Shown here: positions 45,398 to 45,399 of the stretch, piece after piece
Position numbering within the stretch: the stretch's first letter is position 1
How the letters are laid out: each line of letters opens with the position of its first letter
Source of the DNA: Silvanigrellaceae bacterium
Lineage (GTDB): Bacteria > Bdellovibrionota_B > Oligoflexia > Silvanigrellales > Silvanigrellaceae
Direction of reading: 5' to 3'
DNA length: 45,399 bases
Assembly: GCA_049423385.1 (NCBI GenBank)
Contig: JBMSQQ010000017.1
Location: forward strand, 1 to 45,399
Translations under genes and position numbers: made by a program
Notes under the pieces: generated by a model
What the model saw: only the letters and a program-made list of their open reading frames with translations
Told to the model about the DNA's origin: nothing
Databases searched by the model: none

Positions 45398-45399
45398 TT

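Overview
A gene-dense bacterial chromosomal window. The TIGR02147/DUF4423 gene, about 12 lipoproteins, multiheme cytochromes and many sigma28- and sigma54-type promoters suggest an Oligoflexia/Silvanigrellales-like Bdellovibrionota genome; this taxonomy is inference. Left part (about 3.7-12.6 kb): what looks like a phosphate-starvation island, with an OlsA/PlsC-like acyltransferase, an M14 carboxypeptidase, an OlsB-like GNAT divergent from an orphan pstS, a 915-aa tetraheme SO2930-like cytochrome lipoprotein 6 nt downstream of pstS, and an acr3-arsC pair with no arsR. Pho-box-like 7-4-7 repeats lie upstream of olsB, pstS and acr3. A candidate sigma28-driven small RNA or small-ORF transcript lies at about 765-1015 on the minus strand. 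Middle part: a trypsin-like lipoprotein with a large insert, an MFS transporter, a beta-propeller lipoprotein, a TIGR02147 operon, two DUF4105 paralogues each with a near-identical sigma54 promoter, radA, an RlmD-family methyltransferase, WcaJ plus a GT4, a four-repeat tetraheme cytochrome, an NFACT protein and a TolC/MFP/RND pump. Right part (about 38.7-44.1 kb): a visibly more AT-rich, decaying accessory region with DsbA/DsbB, HupE/UreJ, an interrupted DUF6488 gene, frameshifted secreted-protein genes, and a broken polymorphic-toxin tip followed by an intact immunity-like gene. No tRNA, rRNA, CRISPR array or intact mobile element was recognised. All family calls come from motif recognition, not database searches.
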